A stretch of 62,063 bases of DNA, filler included, from Nitrospinae bacterium RIFCSPLOWO2_12_FULL_45_22 (GTDB taxonomy: Bacteria > 2-12-FULL-45-22): assembly GCA_001803565.1 (NCBI GenBank). It is 6 parts of 6 records of this genome, joined end to end, with 100 filler letters (N's around TTAATTAATTAA, not from the genome) between each part and the next. Parts side by side here need not be neighbours in the genome. Positions count along the whole stretch, not along the records: positions 1 to 12,354 come from MHDQ01000295.1; positions 12,455 to 25,231 come from MHDQ01000296.1; 4 more parts are not named here. One strand, given 5' to 3'. A model generated the notes under the pieces. The model worked only from the letters and a program-made list of their open reading frames with translations. It was not told the origin of the DNA and did not search any database. Shown piece after piece: positions 8,460 to 18,000 of the stretch (its first letter is position 1; each line of letters begins with the position of its first letter). The position numbers and the translations under genes were made by a program.

Positions 8460-10043
8460 TTAGAGTTTGATCTTTTTGGCATAAAGGATAATAGGCCAGG
8501 CCCTGATCTCGGCCAGTACTGACTCTGGTATCTCAGCATCAACACTTACCAGGGCAGTAGCCATACCACCGATAGTCTTTCGGCCCAGGTTCATACCGGC
8601 AATATTTATCTTATTATTCCCCAGGATAGTGCCAATCTTTCCTATTACTCCAGGCATATCCTGATTGTAAAATACCAGCATGTGCCCTGACAGGATGGCT
8701 TCTAATGGAATGTTATTTATCTCTACTAGACGGGCATCCCGCCGGCCGTATAAAGTGCCTGCTACTGACCCGGTCTCTTTATCGGTAATTGCCTCCAGGC
8801 GAATCAGGCTGGAATAATTTTCCGTTTGGCTGAGGATAGTCTCTGTTACCTTAATACCCCGCTCTTTAGCTATTATGGCAGAATTAACTAGATTTATTCG
8901 CTCTTTTATAAAATGCTCCAGCAGTCCTTTCAGGAGAGAAGCGGTCAGGTAACGAGTCTCTAGCTCTGCTATCTCACCGTAATAATTTATCTTAACCTCT
9001 TTAAGGCCCCCCTCCAATAACTGGGCCTCCAGGCCCCCCAATTTCTCTGCCAGGGTTATATAGGGTCCCATACGGGCATAGAGCTCAGCATTCATAGAAG
9101 GGAGGTTCACCGCATTTTTAACCTCCCCATGCTTAAAAAAGCTGATCATCTGCTGGGCTATTTCTATCGCAACATTGTCCTGGGCCTCTTCGGTAGCAGC
9201 CCCTAAATGGGGGGTACAAATGACGGCATCAAGCTCTATAAGGGGGTTATCGCCGGGCGGTTCTTGCTCAAAGACATCCAGGGCAGCGCCCGCTACTTTT
9301 CCTGATACCATAGCCTCATAGAGGGCCTTCTCGTCTATGATACCTCCCCGGGCACAATTGATTATCCTTACCCCTTTCTTCATCTTTTCAAACTCTTTTT
9401 TCCCCAACAGATAAGCTGTTTCATTAGTCTTGGGGGTATGGACAGTAATATAATCAGAACGGGCCAGGAGTTCATCAAACCCTACCAGGGGTGCCCCTAA
9501 GCTCTGGGCCATATCGGAAGATATATAAGGATCATAAGCAATAGTGACCATGCCTAACCCCTGGGCCCTTTGTGCTACTAACCTACCAATACGCCCTAGA
9601 CCTATTATACCCAGGGTTTTGTTAAAGACCTCTACCCCCATGAACTTACCCTTTTCCCATTTCTTGCCCTTAATAGAGCTGGTGGCTTGAGGTATCTTCC
9701 TGGATAAGGCCAGCATGAGAGAGATAGTATGTTCTGCGGTGGTAATAGCATTCCCTTCCGGGGCATTCATAACGATAATACCCCGCATGGTGGCTGCCTC
9801 TAGATTAATATTATCCACCCCTATCCCGGCCCTACCAATAATCTTGAGATTATCGGCCGCCGCTATTATCTCGGCTGTGACTTTGGTACTGCTCCGAACA
9901 ATCAGGCCCTGGTATGGTGGCATCTCCTTGACCAATTCTGCTGGTGTTAAACCCGTCTTTACAGCAACCTCCAGACCGGCCCTTTCCTTTTGCAGGATCT
10001 CCAGACCCTTAGCGGATAATTTATCGCTAACTAAAATTTTCAT
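8460..10043 (-). CDS. serA: D-3-phosphoglycerate dehydrogenase (long form with ACT domain)
   Basis: GRAGIGVDN, GIIGLGRIG, INCARGG, TPHLGA, C-terminal ACT DMPGVIG. Confidence 0.96.
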   Translation of the reverse strand: MKILVSDKLSAKGLEILQKERAGLEVAVKTGLTPAELVKEMPPYQGLIVRSSTKVTAEIIAAADNLKIIGRAGIGVDNINLEAATMRGIIVMNAPEGNAITTAEHTISLMLALSRKIPQATSSIKGKKWEKGKFMGVEVFNKTLGIIGLGRIGRLVAQRAQGLGMVTIAYDPYISSDMAQSLGAPLVGFDELLARSDYITVHTPKTNETAYLLGKKEFEKMKKGVRIINCARGGIIDEKALYEAMVSGKVAGAALDVFEQEPPGDNPLIELDAVICTPHLGAATEEAQDNVAIEIAQQMISFFKHGEVKNAVNLPSMNAELYARMGPYITLAEKLGGLEAQLLEGGLKEVKINYYGEIAELETRYLTASLLKGLLEHFIKERINLVNSAIIAKERGIKVTETILSQTENYSSLIRLEAITDKETGSVAGTLYGRRDARLVEINNIPLEAILSGHMLVFYNQDMPGVIGKIGTILGNNKINIAGMNLGRKTIGGMATALVSVDAEIPESVLAEIRAWPIILYAKKIKL

Positions 10044-11194
10044 CCCTGCCCTCCACTGTTATAATAGACCTCTATGGCCGCTCCTACACCTTTACCAAAG
10101 GTAACTTCGTAACCAAGCTTTTTTAACACCATTTCTAAGGCAGCTATACCGGTAGTAATATCAAAGATGTCTACATAGCCTAAATGGGCAATCCTGAATA
10201 TCTTCCCTTTAGCCCGATCCTGCCCGCCAGCAATAGTGATGCCAAATTGCTCCCGCATCATCTTAGGAATAGCAGCGCCATCAATCCCAGGTGGTACTTT
10301 TACGGCTGTTACTGCATCGCTAGGAGAGTCTTTAGCATATAGTTCCAGGCCCAGGGCTTCCATAGCCGTCCGGGTAGCGCGGGCCAGCCGGGCATGGTGA
10401 GCAAGGACCTTCTCTAACCCCTCCCTTTTTATCTCTTCCAGGACTTCTTTAAGCCCTATGATAAGTGATACCGCCGGGGTATAGGCGCTTTGGTTTTTAG
10501 CCAGGGCCTTTCGCTCTTTGCGTAAGTCAAAATAGTATCTTGGACAGGTAGAAGTTTCTGCAAATCGCCAGGCCTTCTCGCTCAGGTTTACCATGGCCAA
10601 GCCGGGAGGCAGCATGAGGGCTTTCTGGGAGCCAGCTACGACTACATCCAGGCCCCATTGGTCGGGTAGGATAGGGAAGACCCCTAAGGCTGATATAGCA
10701 TCTACTATCAGGATAGTATTTTCGTATGGCCTGACGATCTCACCCAGGGCCTGCACATCATGCCTGACACCGGTAGAAGATTCACTGGCCTGGACAAATA
10801 CCCCTTTTATATCCGGGGATCTCTTTAGCGCCTCGGCAATCAGGCGGGGTTCTATGGCCTTGCCCCATTCTACATCTATATTAATAGTCTCTAAACCATA
10901 CACCTGACAGAGCTCGGCCCATCTCTCGCCAAATTTCCCTCCCCTGACTACCAGGGCTTTATCACCCGGGGAGAAGAGGTTGCAGACGGTGCCTTCCATC
11001 CCTCCCGTGCCAGATGAGCAGAGAACTAAGACATCGTTTTTAGTCTGGAACAGGTATTTCAAATCCTCTCGCACCTGAGCTAAAATAGCAGCGAATTCCG
11101 GGGCACGGTGATGGATAATAGGTTTGCCCATCTCCAGGACAGCGTCAGGAAATAGTGGTGTGGGGCCGGGGGCCAGTAAGTATTTTTTTTTCAC
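10040..11194 (-). CDS. Class V PLP aminotransferase (alanine-glyoxylate/serine-pyruvate family)
   Basis: LAPGPTP, HHR, VDAISAL, GSQKALMLPPGL, FRIAHLG. Confidence 0.92.
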   Translation of the reverse strand: MKKKYLLAPGPTPLFPDAVLEMGKPIIHHRAPEFAAILAQVREDLKYLFQTKNDVLVLCSSGTGGMEGTVCNLFSPGDKALVVRGGKFGERWAELCQVYGLETINIDVEWGKAIEPRLIAEALKRSPDIKGVFVQASESSTGVRHDVQALGEIVRPYENTILIVDAISALGVFPILPDQWGLDVVVAGSQKALMLPPGLAMVNLSEKAWRFAETSTCPRYYFDLRKERKALAKNQSAYTPAVSLIIGLKEVLEEIKREGLEKVLAHHARLARATRTAMEALGLELYAKDSPSDAVTAVKVPPGIDGAAIPKMMREQFGITIAGGQDRAKGKIFRIAHLGYVDIFDITTGIAALEMVLKKLGYEVTFGKGVGAAIEVYYNSGGQG

Positions 11195-11931
11195 TTTGTC
11201 TCCTCCTCTTCATCTTCATCCAACGATAATTCCAGATCATCCGTACTATCTTCAAGACCCAGGAAAATTCCCTCCTCGGGTTGTTCTTTTTCCTCTTCTT
11301 CCAGTAGAATGATAAGCTCTTCTAGGGCCTCATCTAGCTCTTCTAATTGTAGGATAGGGGGATCTTCCTCCCCTCCCTCTAAATCCAGATGAATATCCTG
11401 TTTCTCTCCGTCTAATAAGAGCAATGGAGCAGACTCTTCGTCCGGTTCAGCGGAAACTTCAATAGCAATGGTCTCTATATCCTTATCCTCTCCCTCTTCT
11501 GCCGGAAATAGGAAATCAAGCTTAGCAGGTTCCTCTTCTAAGACTATTTCGTCCTGATCACCTGGCAGCAAGGCTGCGTATTCCCTTATCTCTTCCGCAG
11601 CATCCACGGGTTCTATTGGTTCTTCAAGCTCTTCCATCTGGGGTAACTCAATAGTTTCCATCTGACTGGCTTCTTCTGGTAATAGTTCTTCTAATACTGG
11701 GCTGGGGTCATATGCTGCCTCTGTTACTATGGCTGAAATCATTTCTTCCTCGGCAGATAGGCCCATGGATTCAAAGGGTGAATCCTCTGAAGGTAGGGAG
11801 TGGAGCTTTAGATTCCCGGGTTTAATCCCCCAGATATGTTTTTCCTTTTTAAACAGGACTAAATCCTTACCGCACTCTTTACACTTATCCAGATAATTAA
11901 AACTAACATAACCGCACTTGGGGCATTTCAT
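11191..11931 (-). CDS. Hypothetical protein, N-terminal zinc ribbon plus very acidic tail
   Basis: MKCPKCGYVSF..CKECG; SD GGAGG upstream; stop overlaps the next gene's start. Confidence 0.75.
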   Translation of the reverse strand: MKCPKCGYVSFNYLDKCKECGKDLVLFKKEKHIWGIKPGNLKLHSLPSEDSPFESMGLSAEEEMISAIVTEAAYDPSPVLEELLPEEASQMETIELPQMEELEEPIEPVDAAEEIREYAALLPGDQDEIVLEEEPAKLDFLFPAEEGEDKDIETIAIEVSAEPDEESAPLLLLDGEKQDIHLDLEGGEEDPPILQLEELDEALEELIILLEEEEKEQPEEGIFLGLEDSTDDLELSLDEDEEEETK

Positions 11932-11947
11932 AACCTAGCCCACCTCC

Positions 11948-12352
11948 TCAGATTTTTTTTGCGGTATAAACCGCAGCAATACCACCGGTTAATGGATAAT
12001 AAGTTACCCCCTGGAATCCACCCTCTTCCAGTTTTTCCTTTAAAGCCTCTCCATAGGGAAAAGCTAGGACAGATTCCGGTAGATAGTGGTAGGCTTTGCG
12101 ATTCTTTGATACTACCCCACCCAGCCAGGGTAAGACCTTCAAGAAATAGAGGTAGTAAAGCCTCTTGAATAAATAATTTTCCGGGTTACTAAACTCCAAA
12201 ATAACTAAATAGCCCCCCGGTTGCATCACGCGGTACATCTCGATCAAGCCCCGGGCTGGGTCAGCAAGATTACGCAGGCCAAAGGCTATTATAATAGCAT
12301 TGGCCGTTTCTGTCATAAACGGTAAGGAGAGGGCATTAGCTAAAGATAGCTT
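11948..12352 (-). CDS. ubiE: UbiE/MenG-family methyltransferase, 5'-partial
   Basis: ALSLPF..AFGLRN..EMYRV..PGG.LVILEFS..AYHYLPESV; cut by the linker. Confidence 0.85.
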   Translation of the reverse strand, partial: KLSLANALSLPFMTETANAIIIAFGLRNLADPARGLIEMYRVMQPGGYLVILEFSNPENYLFKRLYYLYFLKVLPWLGGVVSKNRKAYHYLPESVLAFPYGEALKEKLEEGGFQGVTYYPLTGGIAAVYTAKKI

Positions 12353-12354
12353 TA

Positions 12355-12454
12355 NNNNNNNNNNNNNNNNNNNNNNNNNNNNNNNNNNNNNNNNNNNNTT
12401 AATTAATTAANNNNNNNNNNNNNNNNNNNNNNNNNNNNNNNNNNNNNNNNNNNN
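12355..12454. other. Artificial contig linker
   Basis: N44-TTAATTAATTAA-N44. Confidence 0.98.
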
Positions 12455-12455
12455 A

Positions 12456-12602
12456 GTTATAAATGAGTTGAGGGAGAAGAATTTAATTGATGACTATGCA
12501 ATAGGTGGGGGTATTGGAGCGCTATCTTATATTGAGCCTTTTCTTACTTATGATTTAGCTGTGGCTATTTTTTGTCATAAAGGCTATGTAATAAATTTGT
12601 AG
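12456..12602 (+). pseudogene. Truncated nucleotidyltransferase-like gene fragment
   Basis: Reads VINELREKNLIDDYAIGGGIGALSYIEPFLTYDL, then runs into the repeat at 12560 and stops. Confidence 0.5.
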
Positions 12603-12690
12603 TGGTCGAGCTTGCTCGACTTTATTTGCAGAGCAAGCTCTGCCACTACCCTGCCTGTACCGTGATTCCGGCACAGGCAGGCATGGATGA
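12560..12690 (+). repeat. ~130-bp composite repeat (GTAG-REP doublet + CCTGCCTG palindrome), copy 1
   Basis: Near-identical to 34576-34705; core GTAGTGGTCGAGCTTGCTCGAC...GCAGAGCAAGCTCTGCCACTAC. Confidence 0.9.
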
Positions 12691-12722
12691 GCGGTTAGCT
12701 TTTGCTGAGGGAGGTTCTTTAG

Positions 12723-13157
12723 ATGGAGCTGGGTGAGCTCGCAAAAATGCTTAAAGACTACTTTGGGAAAAGAGATGAGGTGGTACTGGCTTTCCTTTTT
12801 GGCTCGTGGGCGAAGGGCCAGCGAGGTATTGACTCAGATATTGATATCGCTATCTATTTCCAACCCAAAGGCCATAGCCTGGAATGGGAAAAAACAGACT
12901 TTCAATATGATAGTGAAGACCATATCTGGTTAGACATCGAGAGGATTGTAGGAAGGGAAGTGGACCTCCTGATCCTTAACCGGGCTGCGCCAACCATCGC
13001 CGACAGTGCCCTAAGAGGGATTCCCATTATCATTAAAAACCGTAATCTATATCTGGATTTTCTTTTGAGAATTACCTCGGAAGCCATTGATTTTCGGCAA
13101 TGGGTTGAGGCATATTGGCAGTATAAGGAACAGAGGAAGCATGGGACTCCTGCCTGA
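12723..13157 (+). CDS. Minimal nucleotidyltransferase (MntA-like antitoxin)
   Basis: LFGSWAKG..DSDIDIAI, REVDLLILN. Confidence 0.88.
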   Translation: MELGELAKMLKDYFGKRDEVVLAFLFGSWAKGQRGIDSDIDIAIYFQPKGHSLEWEKTDFQYDSEDHIWLDIERIVGREVDLLILNRAAPTIADSALRGIPIIIKNRNLYLDFLLRITSEAIDFRQWVEAYWQYKEQRKHGTPA

Positions 13158-13209
13158 GGATAGATCTTGATAAAGAACAAGGTAACTGAGGATAGGATAC
13201 AAAAGATAT

Positions 13210-13542
13210 ATGAAAATGAATGTTGATAAAAAATTAGATCAGATCCTTAAGAAACTAAAGAAGAAATTAAGCAACCTATATGGGGAGAGGTTTAGAGAGT
13301 TGATTCTTTATGGTTCTTATGCCCGTGGAAAAGCGAATAAGGACTCGGATATTGATGTTGTGGTTGTTCTTGAAGGGAAGATAGTCCCAGGGCAAGAAAT
13401 AGACCGTATGCTTGATGTAATAACGGACCTGAACCTTAAATATGATGAACTTATCTCTGTCTACCCAATATCCTTAAATGACTTGCCCATTACAAAGAGT
13501 CCTCTGCTTTTACGTGTTAGAGCGGAGGGTGTGAGGATATGA
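13210..13542 (+). CDS. Minimal nucleotidyltransferase (MNT antitoxin)
   Basis: LYGSYARG..DSDIDVVVV, ends AEGVRI and overlaps the HEPN gene. Confidence 0.9.
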   Translation: MKMNVDKKLDQILKKLKKKLSNLYGERFRELILYGSYARGKANKDSDIDVVVVLEGKIVPGQEIDRMLDVITDLNLKYDELISVYPISLNDLPITKSPLLLRVRAEGVRI

Positions 13543-13933
13543 GTGAGATTGAAAACCTGCTTGCCCGGGCTCGCAGATATATCAAATCTGGTAATCTCCT
13601 TTTAGCAGACGGAGATTATGAATCTGCTGTATCCCGTGCCTACTATGCCATGTTTTATTCCACCGAGGCTTTGCTACTTACTAAAGGGTTATCCTACTCG
13701 AGCCATAAAGGTGTTATTTCTGCATTTGGAAGGCATTTTGTAAAGACCGGGATCTTCCCCACAAATCTTTCGCTAAGTCCCTTACCCGGGCCTTCCAGAA
13801 GAGACAGGTTGGTGAATATGAGTTTACTTTTGTTATGGCAGAAAACGAAGCCAGAGAAATACTTGAGGAAGCTGAAAAATTTATAAAAGTGGTCGTTGAG
13901 TATCTGAAGAGCAGTGGCTACAATGTACAGTAG
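13539..13933 (+). pseudogene. HEPN-domain protein, frameshifted
   Basis: SRAYYAMFY, SSHKGVISAFG in frame 0; the continuation FAKSLTRAFQKRQVGEYE...AEKFIKVV is in the -1 frame from ~13769 to TAG 13933. Confidence 0.85.
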
Positions 13934-13993
13934 CCTTAGCTTGATTTCGGCTGACCCGAATGGATAGGATATTTAGGGTAGAGAACAGAGCAT

Positions 13994-15010
13994 TTGGAAA
14001 TGCCAATAGACCAAGAAAATATAGACCGAGAAAATAATGAGAGAGCGCTTAGCAGGTTGATAGAACTTCTTAAAACTGGCCGAGCCCTGGCCTTTGTCGG
14101 TTCGGGTAGCTCTAAAAGGGTGGGTTATCCCGATTGGGATGAACTACTTTCGTTGATGGAGGGAGAAATTCGAACAAAAGATCCTACATTTAACGGGTCT
14201 TTCCACAGAGAAGCTGGAGATACCCTCTGGCATGCTTATAAATTAAAAGAAAGACTCGGCGAAAACTTTTACCCCTTTATCAAAAAAACCTTTGAACCTA
14301 AGAATAATCGGCATAATGCTTTCCATATAAATTTGATGAGCCTTTCCTTCCAACATATCATTACATCAAACTATGACTCAGTATTAGAGGATGCTTTTTC
14401 TGGGTTGCGAAAATCCAAACCGGTTGAAAGATTCTGTTGGAATGAAAAAGAAAAATTGTGCGACTTTATCCGGCGGATGAATGATCCATTGTATAAAGAT
14501 ACCATACAAATTTTTTACGTTCATGGTCGATATGATTCTCAGGATTCAATTGTTCTCACCGAAAGGGATTATACGAATCGTTACCATGAAGGCAATCTTG
14601 CTATAAAATGTCTATGGCTTATAGCGGCAACAAGGCAAGTAGTATTTGTCGGATTTAGCTTTCAAGATTTTGATCTTCTTTCAGCATTCCGGCAGGTTCG
14701 AGGAGATTTTGGGGGAGGTGATTCACGGCACTTTGCACTAGTAGGGATTGAGCCAAACAAAGATCGTATAATTCGACGCAATTACCTTAACGATAAATTT
14801 GGTGTAGAACCGATATTTTATGACATTATTGAAGGAAAACATGACGAGCTAGATAAATTGGTAATAAAAATACTCGGCGAATTTGGTCTTAAGACATCAT
14901 TGATGGATGTAATTGAGCCCAAGCATGATTCAATTGATGAGGATGTAAGACGGCTTCAGGAGTATACTACAAAAGCATATGATCAAATAAAGAGTGGTAA
15001 ATCAAAATGA
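13994..15010 (+). CDS. SIR2-like (SIR2_2) domain protein, putative NADase effector
   Basis: FVGSGSS..GYPDW, ITSNYD, VHG, VLTERDY, FVGFSFQD; start TTG 13994 or ATG 14000. Confidence 0.9.
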   Translation: MEMPIDQENIDRENNERALSRLIELLKTGRALAFVGSGSSKRVGYPDWDELLSLMEGEIRTKDPTFNGSFHREAGDTLWHAYKLKERLGENFYPFIKKTFEPKNNRHNAFHINLMSLSFQHIITSNYDSVLEDAFSGLRKSKPVERFCWNEKEKLCDFIRRMNDPLYKDTIQIFYVHGRYDSQDSIVLTERDYTNRYHEGNLAIKCLWLIAATRQVVFVGFSFQDFDLLSAFRQVRGDFGGGDSRHFALVGIEPNKDRIIRRNYLNDKFGVEPIFYDIIEGKHDELDKLVIKILGEFGLKTSLMDVIEPKHDSIDEDVRRLQEYTTKAYDQIKSGKSK

Positions 15011-18000
15011 TCCGGTTAGAACGTAAGAAACTTTTAAACGAACTAAATAGAATGTCCGATATTGGGCACCTTTTAGTCATTGGGGAACCAGGTATCGGAA
15101 AATCATGGATTTTAAATGAGCTTGTGGTCCAAAGATATGAGCAGAAAAAAATCACATTGCTCCTTAAAGCCGATGAACTAGAGATTTCCTCAATGAATGA
15201 TTTTAAAACTGCCCTGAATATCAATAATGAATTGGATACTGTGTTAAATAGCCTTAGCAAAGGTGAACATGGAGCTCTTATAGTTGATGCCTTGGATGCA
15301 GCCCGCAGCGAACCGAGGCAAAGAGCTTTCCGAGATCTGATCCATCAAGTTCAGACTCAATGTCCTGATTGGTCGGTGGTTGCCAGTATACGGATTTATG
15401 ATGCCAGACGTTCCCGGGAACTCCTTTCCCTTTTTCCCAGTGGCTCAATGGATACTACTGAAGAATTTCGATGCCCGGACATTCGTTACCGTCACCTATG
15501 GGTTCCCCTCTTAACCGAGGAAGAGATTCGGGATGCCATCCGCCAGGAACCTCGCTTGCGGCCTTTTTATGACAAAGCTACTCCGCAATTACGACAAATA
15601 TTACGGAACCCTTTTTACCTTTGGTTAGCAAATGAACTCATCGAGGAAGGGGTTAATGTTAATCAGATCTCTTCTATTCAGTCTGAGGTACAACTACTTG
15701 GTTTGTATTGGCATGAGCGGATAAATAAGAAGCCGGACGCAGAGGACAGAAGGATGCTGTTGGTCAATGCAGCTAAGGCCATGGTGGATAGCCACTCCCT
15801 TTCTGTGTCTCGATCGGATGTGTATCAACAGCCAGGTTTAACCGGAGCGTTTAATGCCTTGCTGAGTGAGCAAGTGCTAAAAGAAGTTACAGTATCAGGA
15901 GAAAGGCTGGCTTTTGCCCATAATATGCTTTTTGATTATGCGGTTTCGAGGCTCCTTATTCCAGAAGAGCCGAAAGAGTCCCTTCAATTTCTGATAGAGG
16001 AAATAAGCAGGCCCATTTTTTTAAGGCCAAGCATTACTTACTACTTTGCCCGCCTCTGGTATGATGAACGGGATCTCTTCTGGAAAACCTTCTGGCACTT
16101 TATGTTTGATGAAAAGGGGGAGATAGGGGAGCATATTAGAGTTCTCCCGGCCTTAACCATCCCAGCCGAAGTGAGCGATGCCGATGATCTCCAGCCTTTA
16201 ATTGATAGATTAAAAGAAGACAAAGATTTGATCAAAGAGGGAGCGAAAGCGGTACAGCGAGTCCTCCAATGTTTGCAATCATTAAAAGGTGCACCGGAGC
16301 CACAAAAGAATTTGTCTTGGGTAGAGTTTTTTTATCGCCTGCGGGAACACCTTTCTATTGGATTTATCAATGAATATGTCCGGTTACTAAATTCGATGGT
16401 AGATATTTGGGATCAATGGAAGCATCCTGAGCAGCATAAAATAGCAGTGACGTGCAGAAAAACCCTTGAATGGACCTGGGGTCCACCCAAGGGTTTAAAT
16501 GAGGCTCAAATTAGAAACCTTACCCGGATGATAGGTGTCTGGGTAGTCCCTCTGGTATGTAAAACCTTTGGTGAAAATTCGGTGGAGTCACGGAAGTTAT
16601 TGCAGAATATTCTTGAGCGGATCAGACAGCCTGCAACTCCTACCCAAGAGATTTATCGGCTTACGCATGAAATTGCGCACCTCTGGCCCTATGATCCGGA
16701 CTTTGTAGCAGATATTTATAAGGCTGTCTTCGAATATGAAGAAACTTCAGCGGAGAAAACCATATTGAGCTCCGGTGTTGTAGGCCTGACAAGCACCCGT
16801 CGGCAAGACTATCAGATGTGTTACTACATATTGGAGGAAGAATTTCCCAAATTTCTAAAGACGCACCCTATGCCGGCCACCCGGGCGATGGTCTGGGCAG
16901 TAAATGCCGCTACCAAGCGGGAACATGTATTCAGATATTCTTCTGCTGTTCCTAAAGATTTGGAACCCTCCCCGTTTCCTTTTAATGATAAAACCGCCCG
17001 TTATTTACCTGATCCTAGCTATGTATGGGATCAGGGTGATTTAATTGATCACTATTACTATAAAAAAATGCTATCCCATTTAGACATCTTTTTAGAAGAC
17101 CTGGCTAGGTCAAACAATGGTAAGGCGAAAGAATTGCTTACCAATATTCTGAATGAAATCGTGAAAGAAAATGAGGTTGCGGTCATCTGGAGACATATCC
17201 TGAAACTCGCTATTAAGCATCCTTCCTTTTTTATCCAGGATATCTATCCTCTTCTCACTGCCGAACCTATACTGGTTTGGCCTGAGACTAATTATGAAGT
17301 GGGAGAATTATTAAAGGTTGGCTTTGAGTATCTCGAAGCAGAGCAGCGTCGGCAAATTGAGAAATCATTGCTCTTCCTACCAAATGCTACCCAGGCACCT
17401 ATGAATCAGAAAGGCTTGGAAAGGCTTTATCTAACGTTAATTTCCTGTATCCCAGAAGGGTTATTGACATGTGAGGAATCACGTAGAATACTTAGTGCGC
17501 ATAGGGAGAGCGGGGAAGGGATTCCAGAAAATCGGTCTCATAGTCCAATATTTGAATTCTCAAGTAAAAAATCTACGGAATCTGATTGGCTAATGGAGGA
17601 AGGGGCGGATCTCACTACCCCTGCAAATAAAAAGTTAATCGAGTTTTCCAACCCCGCCAGGGAGTTCGAAGACCAACATCTTAACAAAATACCTTCGATA
17701 GAAGCCTGTGAACAAGTCCTTCCGCAACTGGTGAAGCTAAATGACTATTTAGCCAGCAGTGCCAAAGATATGGATGAACCGGTTCGGGAATCGGCATTAA
17801 AACACCTGGCAGGGGCTTGTGAGACCATAGCCCGCACCCATGATCTCCCATATGATCATGAAGCCTTGAAACTAGCCCAGAAAGTATTTTATCTTGCTGG
17901 ACAGGATCGTTCACCGGAATTTAATCCAAAATACCACGCAACCTTTGACTCTCCCTCCTGGTCTCCAGCGCCCCGCATCGAAGCCGCCCAAGGAATCATG

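Noticed and set aside
12355-12454. Recurrent TTAATTAATTAA palindrome within N runs (also 25232, 31051, 37464, 49757)
   Set aside because: Artificial all-frame-stop contig linker; not biological
4405-15010. Functional link between the NAD-synthesising-like fusion and the NAD-depleting SIR2 system
   Set aside because: They are on different contigs separated by a linker; proximity is an artefact
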